From contig NIVC01001907.1 of NCBI GenBank assembly GCA_002269645.1, positions 124,001-188,000 of the forward strand: a stretch of 64,000 nt of DNA, read 5' to 3'. Both the position numbers and the translations under genes were made by a program. The notes beneath the pieces were generated by a model. The model saw only the letters and a program-made list of their open reading frames with translations. It ran no database searches and had not been told where the DNA came from. Every line of letters starts with the position of its first letter. Position 1 is the stretch's first letter. This DNA comes from Macrostomum lignano (Eukaryota). Below, piece by piece: positions 1-12,888 of this stretch.

Positions 1-42
1 TCTGTCTTAGTGTCTGTCTGTCTGTCTGTCTGTCCACATCAG

Positions 43-2327
43 CGCCTGTTCCACACGCCATCACCAGGTGCACATCGATGGTCACTCGGATGGAGCGCCA
101 ATTTTGCCTGACCGGAGGTACCCGTTTGCGGCTAAGTTTAGTCAGAAGGAGCACATGAAGCTGTTGATGACGACAAATGACAATTTTATAATGGTGCGTT
201 GTCGACAGTGCTCTGCCTTTTCAAGTCTAATCGTACAATTACCGTTTTATGCCCAACCAGTTTGATTTACATGTAAGGGGTTGTAGCCTAGTTGTTAGAG
301 TGTCGGACTCAAGATTGAAAGGTCAGGGGTTCGATTCACGACCCACTGGAACAATTTGGGCCCTTGGACAAGAAATTCAATTCTATGCATTGCTTCAGTT
401 CACCCAGCTGTAAAATGGGTACCAGCATTAGCTGGGGTAATTTAAGGGTGCGTCTTTGGACTGAAAAGGCGTGTGCAGCCTTCATATTTGCCCATTGAAA
501 AGGGTGCAATCGAAAAATGTTTTATTCAAAGAAGAATTAAACTAAGGAGATTAGAGCTGTCTAAAATTCCTTTTTTACATGTATAGAATAGTCTAAGTCA
601 ACTGTTAGTCCTTCACCGGTATTCAGACCTACGCTTTGCCGAGCCTACCTACGATCTACCTTGATAAAACAAATTTTCAGGGATCCAAAGTAGCGGGCCT
701 GGTCTCGAACGGACTGTGGATCTACCCTGATTGGCTGGATTTCAATGACACAGGTGAGCTTGAGACCAATAGAATCTACGTGATACAGATATTGAACTTT
801 TAGTATTGAGTTCATCACAAAAGGGGACCGATCCTACATCTTTGTCGCTACCTCTAGCTGTCGTTGGACTACCAGACTCCTGCAGATTGTAGTCATGTAG
901 ATTGTAGTCCTGCAGATTTTAGTCCGGCAGTTTTATTCCCAAATGCATACTATCGATTTTATCTTCATCGTCAAAAGTTAGCACTCCGAACATTAAAATT
1001 CAAGGTTTGCATTGAAAAACAAGAAAAACAATTGAAGCAATAAAAGTCAATTCAACTCAGCTCATATTGCCTGGAAATACATTTCTCCGCACCCCCTTCC
1101 CCAGAAATCGAGCTCTCAAGCACAGGCATTACAAAATTCAAAGGAACTCTGCAGGCCTGTAACTGCCCAGTGTACGAGCAGGACCGGTACCCAGTGACGT
1201 CACCCACCGTCAACACCACCGACACCTGCTCAATGAGCATCCGGGCGGATATCGATCGGCCCCTATGGCTATTACGACATTTTTGCCTCTTTCTGAAAGG
1301 TCCATTCCTGAATGTGTTCGCCTCGGAGAGAAACATAACCGGCGATCTGCTCTCCGCCATCTTCGCCAGGAAGCTGCGCCTGCCGAAGGACCGTCCGGAT
1401 GAGACAAAGTTCAACACGCTGTTCAACGCTGAGGAGGATGAAACTAACAATGGCCTGAACGACTACATGCTGGACATCGATGAGGATTATTTCGGAACGC
1501 ATCTGGTAGCTCGTCAGCTGCTGACATCCGGAATCTCGCTGGATGTCGGTAGAAAACTTCGTGACCCTCTAGAGTACTTGTTCTGCCCAAAGCTTATAAA
1601 TGAGGAGAAAACTGCGGACGACTGGTTCGTCAAGATGCTCGACGTTGTGGCAAGTATTGGTGAAAAGTGCACGGAAGGCGATAGCGAAGAGCACTGCTTA
1701 CCGTCTGACATCGCCGACAGGGTTGCTCAAGACAAAGAACTGCTGGACGTCCTGCGCAGTGCTGCATGTCCGGAGCTGCCGCAGACGCAGCTGAAACAGC
1801 TGACCAGGAAGATTGCTTTGATACTGGCCGGCCTGAACAGAAACCAACTGCAGGTTCTCCAGAGCATCGGTCTGTGCCTTGGCATGTCGCTACGGACAAA
1901 CCTCCAACCCCTGGACTCTGTGGTGTCTGATAATAGCTTTGAAAAGTCTTCTTCTAGACATCTATTCGGTCCTAAGTCCACATTGAAGCTGTGCTTGGGA
2001 CACAATCTGCCCAACGATTCTGCTGTGCAGGAGTTCCTCGATGACCAGGCAGGTGTGGACGCTCGACTCGAACGGATGACGCAGCTGCTGCGCCAGTTGC
2101 CGAAGACGCCCATCGCCGTGACCGTCTGCCGCAGCTCCAGAGACGGCTACGTGCCTCGACACCAGATGAGCCGCGTCGAGAACGGCATCTTCAAAGCGTT
2201 GCGCGAAGTATTCGGCGAGATCAAAGTTGAGTACGACGAGCAGCTGTTCCACGGCAAGGAGGGCTGGTACGAGTACAAGGCCCGGCAGCTGGGCGACGGG
2301 TTCCGGCCGGCGGGGGAAAAGATCTAA
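43..2327 (+). CDS. UPF0489 / C5orf22-like protein (3' exons; 5' exons lie upstream of the window)
   Basis: Exons 43-193, 681-753 and 1105-2327 join in frame through GT-AG introns (phases 0 and 1). Motifs [32 protein letters not shown] and [14 protein letters not shown] parallel UPF0489 motifs (HFDSHPD, LDIDLDFFS, TIARSSLDDYCP; recalled). Confidence 0.75.
274..440 (+). mobile_element. tRNA-derived SINE with Meta-like central domain, in intron 1 of the UPF0489 gene
   Basis: Pol III A box TAGCCTAGTTG and B box GGTTCGATTC, followed by CCCTTGGACAAG...CACCCAGCTGTAAAATGGGTACC, which resembles the conserved core of invertebrate (Meta-type) SINEs. Confidence 0.65.
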
Positions 2328-2544
2328 CATCAATCTTTGACAGTTTTTTGCCTTTGCTGCTGGTTGGGTTTATTTGACCAACTATTTCGTCGATAATCTT
2401 TTTCTCGGTTAAAGGTCTATTTAAAGATTTGATGTCGGTTTATAGCTTAATCAAACATATATTGAATGTCTAATATTTACTGTACCAATACGGCATTGCT
2501 TTGTTTGTTTCCAATTATTTAACAAAGTTTTCATCTGGTCAGTA

Positions 2545-2880
2545 AACGTGACGCCGAGTGCGGGCCTGCCCTCGTCGATGTGGCAGTGCAACTCGGCGCA
2601 GATCATGTGACCTGCCAGCTGGAGTCGCCAACGGCACAGTAAGCTGCTTGAAAGGTGCCAACAGGGCGATCCGTATTTGTAACGACGCTAAGAAGGCCAG
2701 CGTGCCTTGCGTCAACCTGCTGTTCGAGCGAGTCTGTCAGCGTCCAGGTCTCGGCGTTCCGAATGTGGCCTAAAATAACGCCGCCCTCTGGCGGTCAGAC
2801 AGGGACTGCAGGACAGCCCTCACGGAAAGAAAGACAGCCCAGGCAAGCCCGGCAGCCTTGAGGCTCAGCAAGGACCTCTG
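2545..2880 (-). mobile_element. Degenerate non-LTR retrotransposon (RTE-like) fragment, region downstream of the RT domain
   Basis: Clearly homologous to 14090-14500 (shared blocks GTGCGGGCCTGCCC, TGTGACCTGCCAGCTG, GCGTCAAC, CAGCCCAGGCAAGCCC); frameshifted. Confidence 0.65.
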
Positions 2881-3064
2881 TACGTAGTATACCAGAATAC
2901 AAAACTCAAAGATCGTTTAATTTGTGGAGGCCAATTTCCTGGAAAAACACAGGAAAAAAAGTAAAAAAAAAATTTTTCATGCCATAATCAATGATTGCGT
3001 TTGATCTGGGGTAGTTAAGATTATCATTCTTTCAATTTTGTATTCACAGCATGTTTTTTATTTC

Positions 3065-3530
3065 ATAAGCAAAAAGTTGTGGCCCTTTGACAACTCCGGG
3101 ACAGTCGCTGACTGCGCCCGGCAGCTCAAGGCCAGTGGCAATACTGTGTGGCTGAAGTGGATCCAGGGCAGGCAGGGTTCCCGGGGAATGAATTGGCGGA
3201 CACCCTCGACAGGAGGGGCGGATCTGGCTCTTTCCTAGGCCTTTTTGAACCAAAACCGGAAGGAAAATCACGCCCACGTCATGACCCTTACCGGCCATGG
3301 TATCTCGCTAGGCACTCCTTCCTCCGAAGCGACCTCGAGAGTGAACTTTGCCATTTTTTCGAGTGCGACTATGAAGATGCTTAGCACTTTGTTTGTCACT
3401 CACTGCCCTTTCTTTACCTGCAGAGACCGGCTACGCTACCTCGGGACGAACCCGTCTATTGACGAGGTCTGCCCAGCCTGACAGGATCCATCCCACGGCT
3501 CATCCAGTTCCTTCGGGCGACTAGACGAGC
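3065..3530 (+). mobile_element. Degenerate RNase H-bearing non-LTR retrotransposon 3' fragment
   Basis: GNTVWLKWI..G / AGFPGNELAD (RNase H C-terminal motif, split by a frameshift), then LTGHG and a Cys/His knuckle remnant (HFVTHCP). Confidence 0.7.
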
Positions 3531-4445
3531 CACAATAATGTTCACAACTTTGGGCTCATGAAATAAAAAGAAAACAATATGAAAATGAAACATTCATTAG
3601 ACAATTATATAAAATAGAACAACGTAACGTGTTTTGTATGCTAAATTAAAAGAATGGTACTCTTCACTTGATTGGCCTCCAAAATTTGCGTTATCAGTCG
3701 AATTTTACTTTCTATTATACAACAGTGGTCCTTGGTGCTTGTCTGTGAATGCGTTGTCCTGGGCTTTGGACATAGAGTTGGGATTAGGGTTAGAACAGGG
3801 TACGAGTTATTGGCACGCACAATGGAGTTGAACTATCAATGATTATAAGATAAAAGTTTTGTTTTAAAAACCTGCTTTGACTAGTGATTGTGATTTTTCT
3901 GGCAGCGGGAGCCTTCAGAACATTTCCAAGAAATCAAGTTTTGCGTCCCTCTACTTCGTATGTGTATTGATGGTCTTTCAAAAAACAGAATACACGGATT
4001 CTTTAGACTAAAGAGCGACCAGAAATACGATTAACATAAATGAAGTCGTTTTTTGATAAGTTTTTGTTAGAATATCTGAGACATACACTAGTAAGAGCCA
4101 TAAAAAGATTGCTCTGAGCGTTTAGTATGCTTAACCACGTTTAACGACATCCTGGAAGTGAGCTTATATGCAGGTTTATTAGCACTCAATATTTTTGTTT
4201 AATCTATTAACTCGCATAAAATAAACATTTTATGTTGGCTCCTAAAATTCAAAGTACAGAATCTATTTTGAAATAAAAAAATCGCCATGTACTTATTAAG
4301 GTTACAAGCAGAAAATGTTTCTGGCTGGTCATTGGACTGTATCATTGGTTACTATGCTGTAATGTGGTTGCTACGTTAATGACTCAAGCGTTAAATCATA
4401 CAACTCAATTAACTACAATGAGTCTCGGAGTTAACTAGCATTGCA

Positions 4446-7400
4446 TCACTCAGCGGCCCGTTTCTTCGGCATTTTGTAGCTGCGAATCCAGATCTCCGAC
4501 AAGCAGACGGACGAGTGGAACCTGAAGAATATGATCAACGGCAGGAAGATGTACTTCACAATGCTCCACGCCATCTTTCCAAAGTATCCGTTGGGAAAAT
4601 CTTCCGCAAATGTGCGCTTGGCTTCGAACACGGCCTCGATCCACATGGCCAGGTTGGCAATGAGCAGCCCGATGGTGAGTCCGCGGCCCGGCTTGTGGTT
4701 GTTCTCGACTAGCTCCAGGGTGATGCGCCTCTGGATGGCCTGCATGATGAACAGCGTCTGCGAGATGGACTGGACCACCTCCAGCACGGACTGCGGGTGG
4801 GGCGTTGGTTGGCGATTGGCTCCCATAGTGCTTCTGTCTGACACTTGATACTTGTGTCTCTGACACTTGATGCTTGTGTCTCTGACACTTGATGCTTGTG
4901 TCTCTGACATTTGATGCTTGTGTCTCTGACACTTGATGCTTGTGTCTGAGACACTTGATGCTTGTGTCTGAGACACTTGATGCTTGTGTCTGAGACACTT
5001 GATGCTTGTGTCTGAGACACTTGATGATTGTATCTGAGACACTTGATGCTTGTGTCTGAGACACTTTATTATTGTATCTGACACTTGATACAGATACACT
5101 CTGAGACTTGATGCTTGTGTCTGAGACACTTTATTATTGTATCTGACACTTGATACAGATACACTCTGAGACACTTGATTCTTGTGTCTGACACTTGATG
5201 CTTGTGTCTAACAGGTAGCGTCTCTGTCTAACCAATGATTCAAAAAGATAATTTTGCGAGACACGTGCCGTAATGTTTAAATTCGACTTTCAGCACCCAA
5301 CAGAGCTCACCTTCAGTCCAGCCGCCTTAGTGATAATATTTTTATGTCCGATCCATGTCGGACAGTGGCTGATGTCGCTGGAGTCCACAGCGCAGGAGCC
5401 GACGGAGATGGCCACAAACAGGTTGAAGCACAGGATGCCCGCCAGGCCAACAAACAGCAGGTTTACGTCGAAGGCTTCGTTGCCGCGGACTCTGTAGAGT
5501 CGCAGATGGCGGACCGTCTTAACGATGCCAGTCACGGACATCGCCGAGGTGAACAGCAGCACCAGACACTCGATGCTGACTATGACCAGCGTGTAGATGT
5601 TCTGGTGCGGCTGTTGAAGGACCGGGTTGGTGGGCCTGGGATTTGATTTTTATTCCGCCTTCCAAGATTTTGTGCTTGCTGAGTTTCTTAGAAAATGTTA
5701 AGGAGGCTGGTTTTCACCGAAATAGGAACTTTCACTTTTTTCAAATTAAAATTTTTATTGCTTTCGATAGGAGGCAGGCCCAATGTTCATCTTTTGATAT
5801 GCTGTGCCTTTCTTATGGCTCTATCGATTTTCATGAAGCTTTTTGTTTAGAAAATTAGAATTCTATGTCAATTTTTTTTCTTCTACGTGCATTCCCTGTA
5901 CCTAAAACTCAAAAATGCATGGCACAGCTCGACTCATTGATTTTATGAATCTATTTTGTCATCTCTGTTACACAATACTGTTCAGTCAGCTAAGGACAAA
6001 GTACCCTGTAGGTTCATAAAACCAATAAGCCGAGCCGTGCCATTTTAATGGTTTTTAGGCACAGGGCATGTACCATTGTACGTAGAATAAAAATTAACAT
6101 AGAATAGATAGAATACATAGAAGTTCAGTAGTCCTCACAGATACTAGAATAACTAGATGGACCACTCAGCGCATTTGCGTGTAAACTACTTTCAGTTCAG
6201 TAGAAAGTTAAACAGCAGCATTTTAATGCATTTTTAAAGCCAAGGCTCATTTACTGGCGGCTCTTACTCCTAGCATAAACCCTCCAACCGCGCCTTTTTA
6301 CACTACCCCCCGCCCCGCCCCAATTTTATTGCCTTTTATTGCCAATGTACATCACTGCTGAACCAATTAGCAAACTGTTTACGCCTGCAAGCTTGGCTTC
6401 TAAACTTATCAAAGTCATTTTATCTGCCTTTTTTATAAAATAGTTTATGTATTCTTCTTTGCTACTGAACTGAAAGTAGAAAGCTGTTTTGCTAAGTATT
6501 ATATGCCTATCTAGTTATTTTAGTATCTGTGGGCGAGACTTGCACGACAAACCTTAGGCCAAATTTGCTGTGACCGCGAGATAGTCAGAGGACGCGTTCT
6601 ACCTCTGAGCTTCCCCCCGCTCTCAACCCCGGGATTTCTATAGGGGATTTGAACCCTATCCAAGTTAGACTGTTTGGGATTTGACAATCTGAAGAACGCA
6701 AACTATCTGGGTTGTTGACGCACATTTTTGTCTGAGTTGAGCATCTGCAGGCTGATCATGGGCACCAGAACGCAGATCATGATGAGTAGGCCCAGGAAGA
6801 GACCTTTGTGCGACTTGTGACAGGCGGTGAACCTCGGCCCCTCCGGGTACATCTTCCTGCCGTAGGGGGTCACTTTGGTGTCGCCTATTTTGCTGAACAC
6901 TTTGAAGCAGATGGCAGCGCAGATGAGGCCGTACTCGACTGCGCACGGGTACAGGTAGGGGCCGAGCTTGTGTGATGGCCCGTTGTCTAGCAGATTCTCG
7001 TGGCAGTCTGGAGAGCAGATCACTGGTTGTATTACTCATTCACTCACTCACTCACTCACTCACTCACTCACTCACTCACTCACTCACTCACTCACTCACT
7101 CACTCACTCACTCACTTACTCACTCACTCACTCACTCGCTCACTCACTCACTCACTCACTCACTCACTCATTCACTCATTCACTCACTCACTCACCCACT
7201 CGCTCACTCACTCACTCACTCACTCACTCACTCACTCACTCACTCACTCACTCATTCACCCACTCGCTCACTCACTCACTCGCTCACTCACTCACTCACT
7301 CACTCACTCACCCACTCGCTCACTCACTCACTCACTCACTCGCTCACTCACTCACTCACTCACTCATTCACCCACTCGCTCACTCACTCACTCGCTCACT

Positions 7401-10400
7401 CACTCACTCACTCACTCACTCACCCACTCGCTCACTCACTCACTCGCTCACTCACTCACTCACTCACTCACTCACTCACTCACTCACTCACTCACTCACT
7501 CATTCACTCACTCACTCACTCACTCACTCACTCACTCACTCACTCACTCACTCACTCATTCACTCACTCGCTCACTCACCCACTCGCTCACTCACTCACT
7601 CGCTCACTCACTCACTCACTCACTCATTCACCCACTCGCTCACTCACTCAGTCGCTCACTCACTCACTCACTCACTCACTCACCCACTCGCTCACTCACT
7701 CACTCGCTCACTCACTCACTCGCTCACTCACTCACTCACTCACTCACTCGCTTACTCACTCACTCGCTCACTCACTCACTCACTCACCCACTCGCTCACT
7801 CACTCACTCACTCACTCACTCACTCACTCACTCACTCACTCACTCACTCATTCACTCACTCACTCACTCACTCACTCACTCACTCACTCATTCACTCACT
7901 CGCTCGCTCACTCACTCACTCGCTCAATCACTCACCTGTACCATTGCCAGTGTAATTTTCAACACCACCGTCTGGGTGACTCTTTAACGCATTGTGACTG
8001 TCGGCGGTGAGGCCCACCTTGATTTCATAGATGACAGTCTTGACCCAGATGCACAGGTTGGTGACAATCAGGTGCACCATCATGAACCGAGTCAGCAGCA
8101 GCTGCGTATTGAACGTAATCTGATGATGGCAAATGGGAGTCGCTAGTTCCCTAAAATCTACCTAAAACATTTGTGAATAATCACAGAAAAATGTACATGT
8201 TAGCTTCTAGAGACGGAAGCCAAGGGCTCACCCTGTGATGCTTGAACAGGTAATAGGTTTGGGCCATGATGAAAACCAGGTGAACCACCTGCTTGGGAAT
8301 GAACCACATGTCATGGCAGGCCGCCAGGCTTTTCCGCTCGATCACCTCCGAGATTTTGAAGCCGTCGTGAATCATGACCCCAAAACCAAACACTGAAAAA
8401 TTATGAGATAAAGTGTTGCGGAGAAATAAAGTTTATGTTTTCATTATTCGATTCGAAATGAAATACATGATGCACTCACCAATGGCACCAAGTCGCAGGT
8501 ACAAGTTAATCCCAGTCTCCGATTGCGTGATGGGATTGACCTTTAATGCGCTGGGTGTGAAGGGTGACTCTGCGTGGGTGCAACGGTGCAAAATTGCATC
8601 GCGTTAGTGAAGTCTGAGTGATATTTTCAATGATAGAATACTATAGGATTAGCGCATTTTTGTTGCAACATGGCCTTAGTGCCAATTCAAGCTGCAGATA
8701 CGAGTGTTACATTTCGATTAATCATTGGTGCATTCTGGATACGTCAACCGCAACAAAATCTGCACAAAATTAGAGCGTATACTCTTTTTCAGTAGTTTTT
8801 CTGCGCAGAGTCACCTAAATTTAATCTGATAGCAAAAACTTCCTTTCCTTCCTAGGGGTTTGCGGCATATGGGGTTAAGAATGAACAATAAGCATTTAAC
8901 TCGATGTACAACATCGAGTGAACGCCAGACGGCCGAACCTCAGCCTATTGGGCAGTACAAATCCAGCTCAGCCAATGAGAGAGCAGTATGGAGAGAGGGC
9001 AAAGTCAGACGGACGAAACTCAGCCTAGGGGCCAGGCCAAATCTAGCTCAGCCAATGAGAGAGCAGTAAGGAGAGAGGTCAGAATAAGCTAGCAAGAGCA
9101 AAGCCTAAACTGTTTATTGGCCTGGCTGGGGCGCCACCCTTTTCTTTATTGCTCGCTTGTGCACACGCACTGGATTTGGGTTTTTAGGTTTTGCTGCAAC
9201 CTTCGGTCTTAAATTGATTTTTTAAAATAATTTCGATTCTGAGGCACGTCTGGAGTCGGGTAAAACAGGGTGAATATGCTGATATAACGGGTCAATTCTA
9301 CGAGAAAGCCAAATGCGATTGCTGCTGCTCTAGTAACTCTAAATACGAGCGTATCTTGCAACGTTTACTATATTTTTAGTTTTACTAAGTCGGTCAACTA
9401 ACGAGGTTCAATTTTAGTATATAGATTTAAAAGTAAAAAAACGCGATTATTACTATTGAAAATTAGTATATAAAGCGCATTTTTTTGAGATAACACCAAT
9501 AGTTATTCAATATGGTATGTAGCTCTAGTATGTACTTTATGCACAGTCTGCTTCAGCGCTAATTTTGGCGCCACAGGTAGGCACTCATTTTGGCGCTGCA
9601 GGCACTCATTTTGGCGCTGCAGGCACTCATTTTGGCGCCACAGACAGGCACTCATTTTGGCGCCACAGACAGGCACTCATTTTGGCGCCACAGACAGGCT
9701 TTCATTTTGGCGCCACAGGCACTCAGTTTGGTGCCCTAAAACAAAATTATTGATTTCCACATCGGGTCACAAGGTAAGTGGCTTTTACTGGGGGGGGGGG
9801 GACATGTCCCCCCTGTCCCCCCGGTGGCGACACCCCTGGGCTTAACAATAAAGCCAAATTTAACAATAACGAAGAATACTAGAAAAAAACCCTTTGACGC
9901 TTAAGGATGAATGACTCAAATTAAAGGCAGGTGACATTTTCTGAGGAAGGCCAAGCATGAAGGAGAAATCTTCAAGAATGAGCTCTGACAGAGTGCGTCC
10001 GACTCGCCTGGAGTGTCCGGCCCCTCGCCATCGGGCGACGCCAGGTAGCGCTCGTCGACCTGGCCGGCTCTCCTGCCACTGACAAGCACAGGAGGCAAGT
10101 CTGTCACCAGTGGATTTCGTTTCAGCATGCGACGGCGCGGTCTGTAGATCTGCGATCCGGCGGCGCCGCCGATGTCAGGTGCTGTGGATAGAAGGCCTTC
10201 ATCGGCGGCGTCGGCCTCCGTGGTGGCCAGAGGGACAGTGCCTTGATGATCGGCGCCGTTGTGCGGAAGTTCCGGGCTGACCGGGTCTGTCTCCAGCGCA
10301 TCGGCAGCGGCCTCCTGAAGGTGCGCCATTGGGATTTCAACCGTCTGCGGGCTGTGGCCGACGCTCAGCCCCTCGGAGGAGAACGCGGCAGCGGCGGTGG

Positions 10401-11575
10401 CAAATCGCTGGGCACGCTTTTTAGCTCGACGCTGGTGCAGCGAAATCAGCGAGTTGAGATAAATGATGCAGATGATGCCGACTCCGTGCATGAAGATGTA
10501 GAACATCTGCGGGGTGTTCAGATGGGGGGACCCCAGTGTTTGGATAGACTAAGTCACCCAGTCACTGCACTGGTCAGTCATTTTAAAAATCTGTCACCCA
10601 GTCACTGCTCAGTCATTTGGAGGACTGTCACCCAATCACAGTGCTTAGTGATTTTGGAAATCTGTCACCCAATCACAGTGCTCAGTGATTGTGGAAATCT
10701 GTCACCCAATCACAGTGCTCAGTGATTTTGGAAATCTGTCACCCAATCACACTGCTCAGTGATTTTGGAAATCTGTCACCCAATCACAGTGCTCAGTGAT
10801 TTTGGAAATCTGTCACCCAATCACACTGCTCAGTGATTTTGGAAATCTGTCACCCAATCACACTGCTCAGTGATTTTGGAAATCTGTCACCCAATCACAC
10901 TGCTCAGTGATTTTGGAAATCTGTCACCCAATCACTGCTCGGTGATTTTGGAAATCTGTCACCCAATCACTGCTCGGTGATTTTGGAAATCTGTCACCCA
11001 ATCACTGCTCGGTGATTTTGGAAATCTGTCACCCAATCACTGCTCGGTGATTTTGGAAATCTGTCACCCAATCACACTGCTCAGTGATTTTGGAAATCTG
11101 TCACCCAATCACTGCTCGGTGATTTTGGAAATCTGTCACCCAATCACACTGCTCAGTGATTTTGGAAATTTGTCACCCAATCACAGCTGTGCTCAGTGAT
11201 TTTGGAAATCTGTCACCCAATCACACGTCTGCTCAGTGATATTGGAGGGATTGCTCCCATAAGTTATTATACGTAGGCCAATCTGTGCTGTGTCTCACCT
11301 GCCTGTAGGCGGCATGCTCCACGGGCTTGGCCAGAGCGTCGCTGATGGGAATGACCACGCCGTGCATAAGCACAACCAAACCGTATAGAGTGAGCAGGGA
11401 CTGCAGAATTGAGCTGCAAGTTGAAGCTCGATGATTGGCTGTGAATGCCAGCTGGCTTGGCTGTCTGGAATAGGGATAGAAAACTTTCACTCTGAGGAGT
11501 CATTGTTTGCACTGGATTCTTCATCGGGGTGGCCGCTTCAATTTTGCAGAGCACCTCAGCGGGGTTTGTTTCCAT
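4446..11575 (-). CDS. Otopetrin family proton channel, about 700 aa
   Basis: Exons 11491-11575, 11299-11438, 10008-10506, 8480-8569, 8232-8392, 7936-8119, 6724-7022, 5311-5610 and 4446-4790 are phase-consistent. Otopetrin motifs: LYLRLGAIVFG, VTNLCIWV, YLYPCAVEY, KGLFLG, KPGR, PLIIFFRFHSSVCLSEIW. The first exon and the 10008 donor are tentative. Confidence 0.9.
4836..5210. repeat. 22-nt minisatellite (TGTCTCTGACACTTGATGCTTG) in the last otopetrin intron
   Basis: Directly visible tandem array; it explains the spurious repetitive ORFs here. Confidence 0.95.
6136..6531. mobile_element. MITE-like element with long terminal inverted repeats
   Basis: CACAGATACTAGAATAACTAGATG near-matches the reverse complement of TATCTAGTTATTTTAGTATCTGTG; the inner pair CTACTTTCAGTTCAGTAG / CTACTGAACTGAAAGTAG is exact. 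No TSD found. Confidence 0.6.
7033..7935. repeat. (ACTC)n microsatellite of about 900 bp forming almost a whole otopetrin intron
   Basis: Direct; source of the SLTH pseudo-ORFs. Confidence 0.98.
9557..9740. repeat. 21-25-nt minisatellite (GGCACTCATTTTGGCGCCACAGACA)
   Basis: Direct. Confidence 0.9.
10552..11235. repeat. About 37-nt minisatellite (AATCTGTCACCCAATCACACTGCTCAGTGATTTTGGA)
   Basis: Direct; fills the otopetrin intron between 10507 and 11298. Confidence 0.95.
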
Positions 11576-12422
11576 GAGCGGTTACCTTAATTTGGGGCTT
11601 GTGCGTAAAAACTTTGTCGATTGGTTGTGGCTTTCGTTACCAGCATTAGCATGCGATTCTTCATTGCTGGCGATAGCTGGTTTTACCATAGACAAAGCCG
11701 TCCTAGACGTATAGACTACGTAATACACGATCTTTCTTGTAGATCATTCTGAAGAAAACTCACCTCTTTCTCGGCCTTCGAGACGTCAAAGAGTTTTGCT
11801 TGGAGTGGGATTTTATTATAGACTTCAGACGCCCCATGGAGAGGCTTGGTTTTTCAAAAATTAAGAGAAAAGCTGGTTAAAGCTAGTTAGAACAAATTCC
11901 AGTGTCCAAATTGAGCCTAATATATACACCTAGAGGACTTCCACTCATTATAAGGCCTGGTTTTGCAGCGTACTCAGTTTAGTGGTAGAACAGAACTAGA
12001 AGAAATTTCAAACGGAAAGAAATTTAACTTGAGCATAGCTAGCAAAACAATGAGCACGGTGCGATGCGATGTAACGTGCATGCCTATACATATAGTTAAG
12101 AGTAGAGGGCTTCTACGGCCTCGAAAAGAGAGTTGGCTATCAACTGAAGGGTCTTTGAAAGAATTCACTATTGAGTGTATAAGAGCTACGAGCTAAGCAA
12201 AGGCCATCAAAATATAATAACCAAAACTGAAGAGACGCGCAACAATTTTAAGTATAGAAAATGTCATCGAGAATCTTAAAAATGGAAAACGAACTCGCGC
12301 TTCTTCAATGTATTTGTTGAATAAGCGGTCATTTAAAAAACAACCATGTTATACAGGCATAATAAAATATTAAGAAGCAGTCATCAGCAACTATAGAATT
12401 AGATTCGTAGCCTTGTAGCCGT

Positions 12423-12888
12423 TCACTTCTGCTTGTTCTCGGACCCGTCCTCGTAATCGGCAACTGCAGGTGTTCAGAATGAGGAGGCAAGGGGGCGACG
12501 GATTAAACGCAGTTGAAAAAAATCAGAGTTTGTTAGATAAAAAGCTACTACAAAAATAAGTGCTCACATTTGCCAAAGTACTGACGGATCTTCTGCAGGT
12601 GAGCAGGCACTTCTTTTTCAGGCTCGGCACCTTCCTCAGGCTTGCGAACTGTGTGGATTAGGAGATAAAAAGGGGAAATAAATTAGCCATCACCAATTAG
12701 TACTTTACGAGCTAAAGTTAGCTATTTGCGAAGACCTAAACAGGAAAATGTACATAGAAATTGTATTCCTCACCAACTTTGCCAACGGAAATGTCGGTGC
12801 CAGGCACAATGTGGAAGATCTGCGTATTACTGCCGTCGCCGTTGTCGCATTCGCTGATTGGGTTGCTGAAATCTCGCTTGTTGGCCAT
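12423..12888 (-). CDS. Small uncharacterised 78-aa protein, three exons
   Basis: Exons 12774-12888, 12568-12648 and 12423-12463 have GTGAG donors and CAG acceptors, both introns phase 1. Product: MANKRDFSNPISECDNGDGSNTQIFHIVPGTDISVGKVVRKPEEGAEPEKEVPAHLQKIRQYFGKFADYEDGSENKQK. Not in the ORF track. Confidence 0.7.

Noticed and set aside
6968-8010. Long SLTH-repeat ORFs (327-339 aa)
   Set aside because: Translation of the (ACTC)n microsatellite in an otopetrin intron.
12423-12600. Amidated neuropeptide (IRQYFGK) in the 78-aa protein
   Set aside because: No signal peptide and no dibasic flanks.
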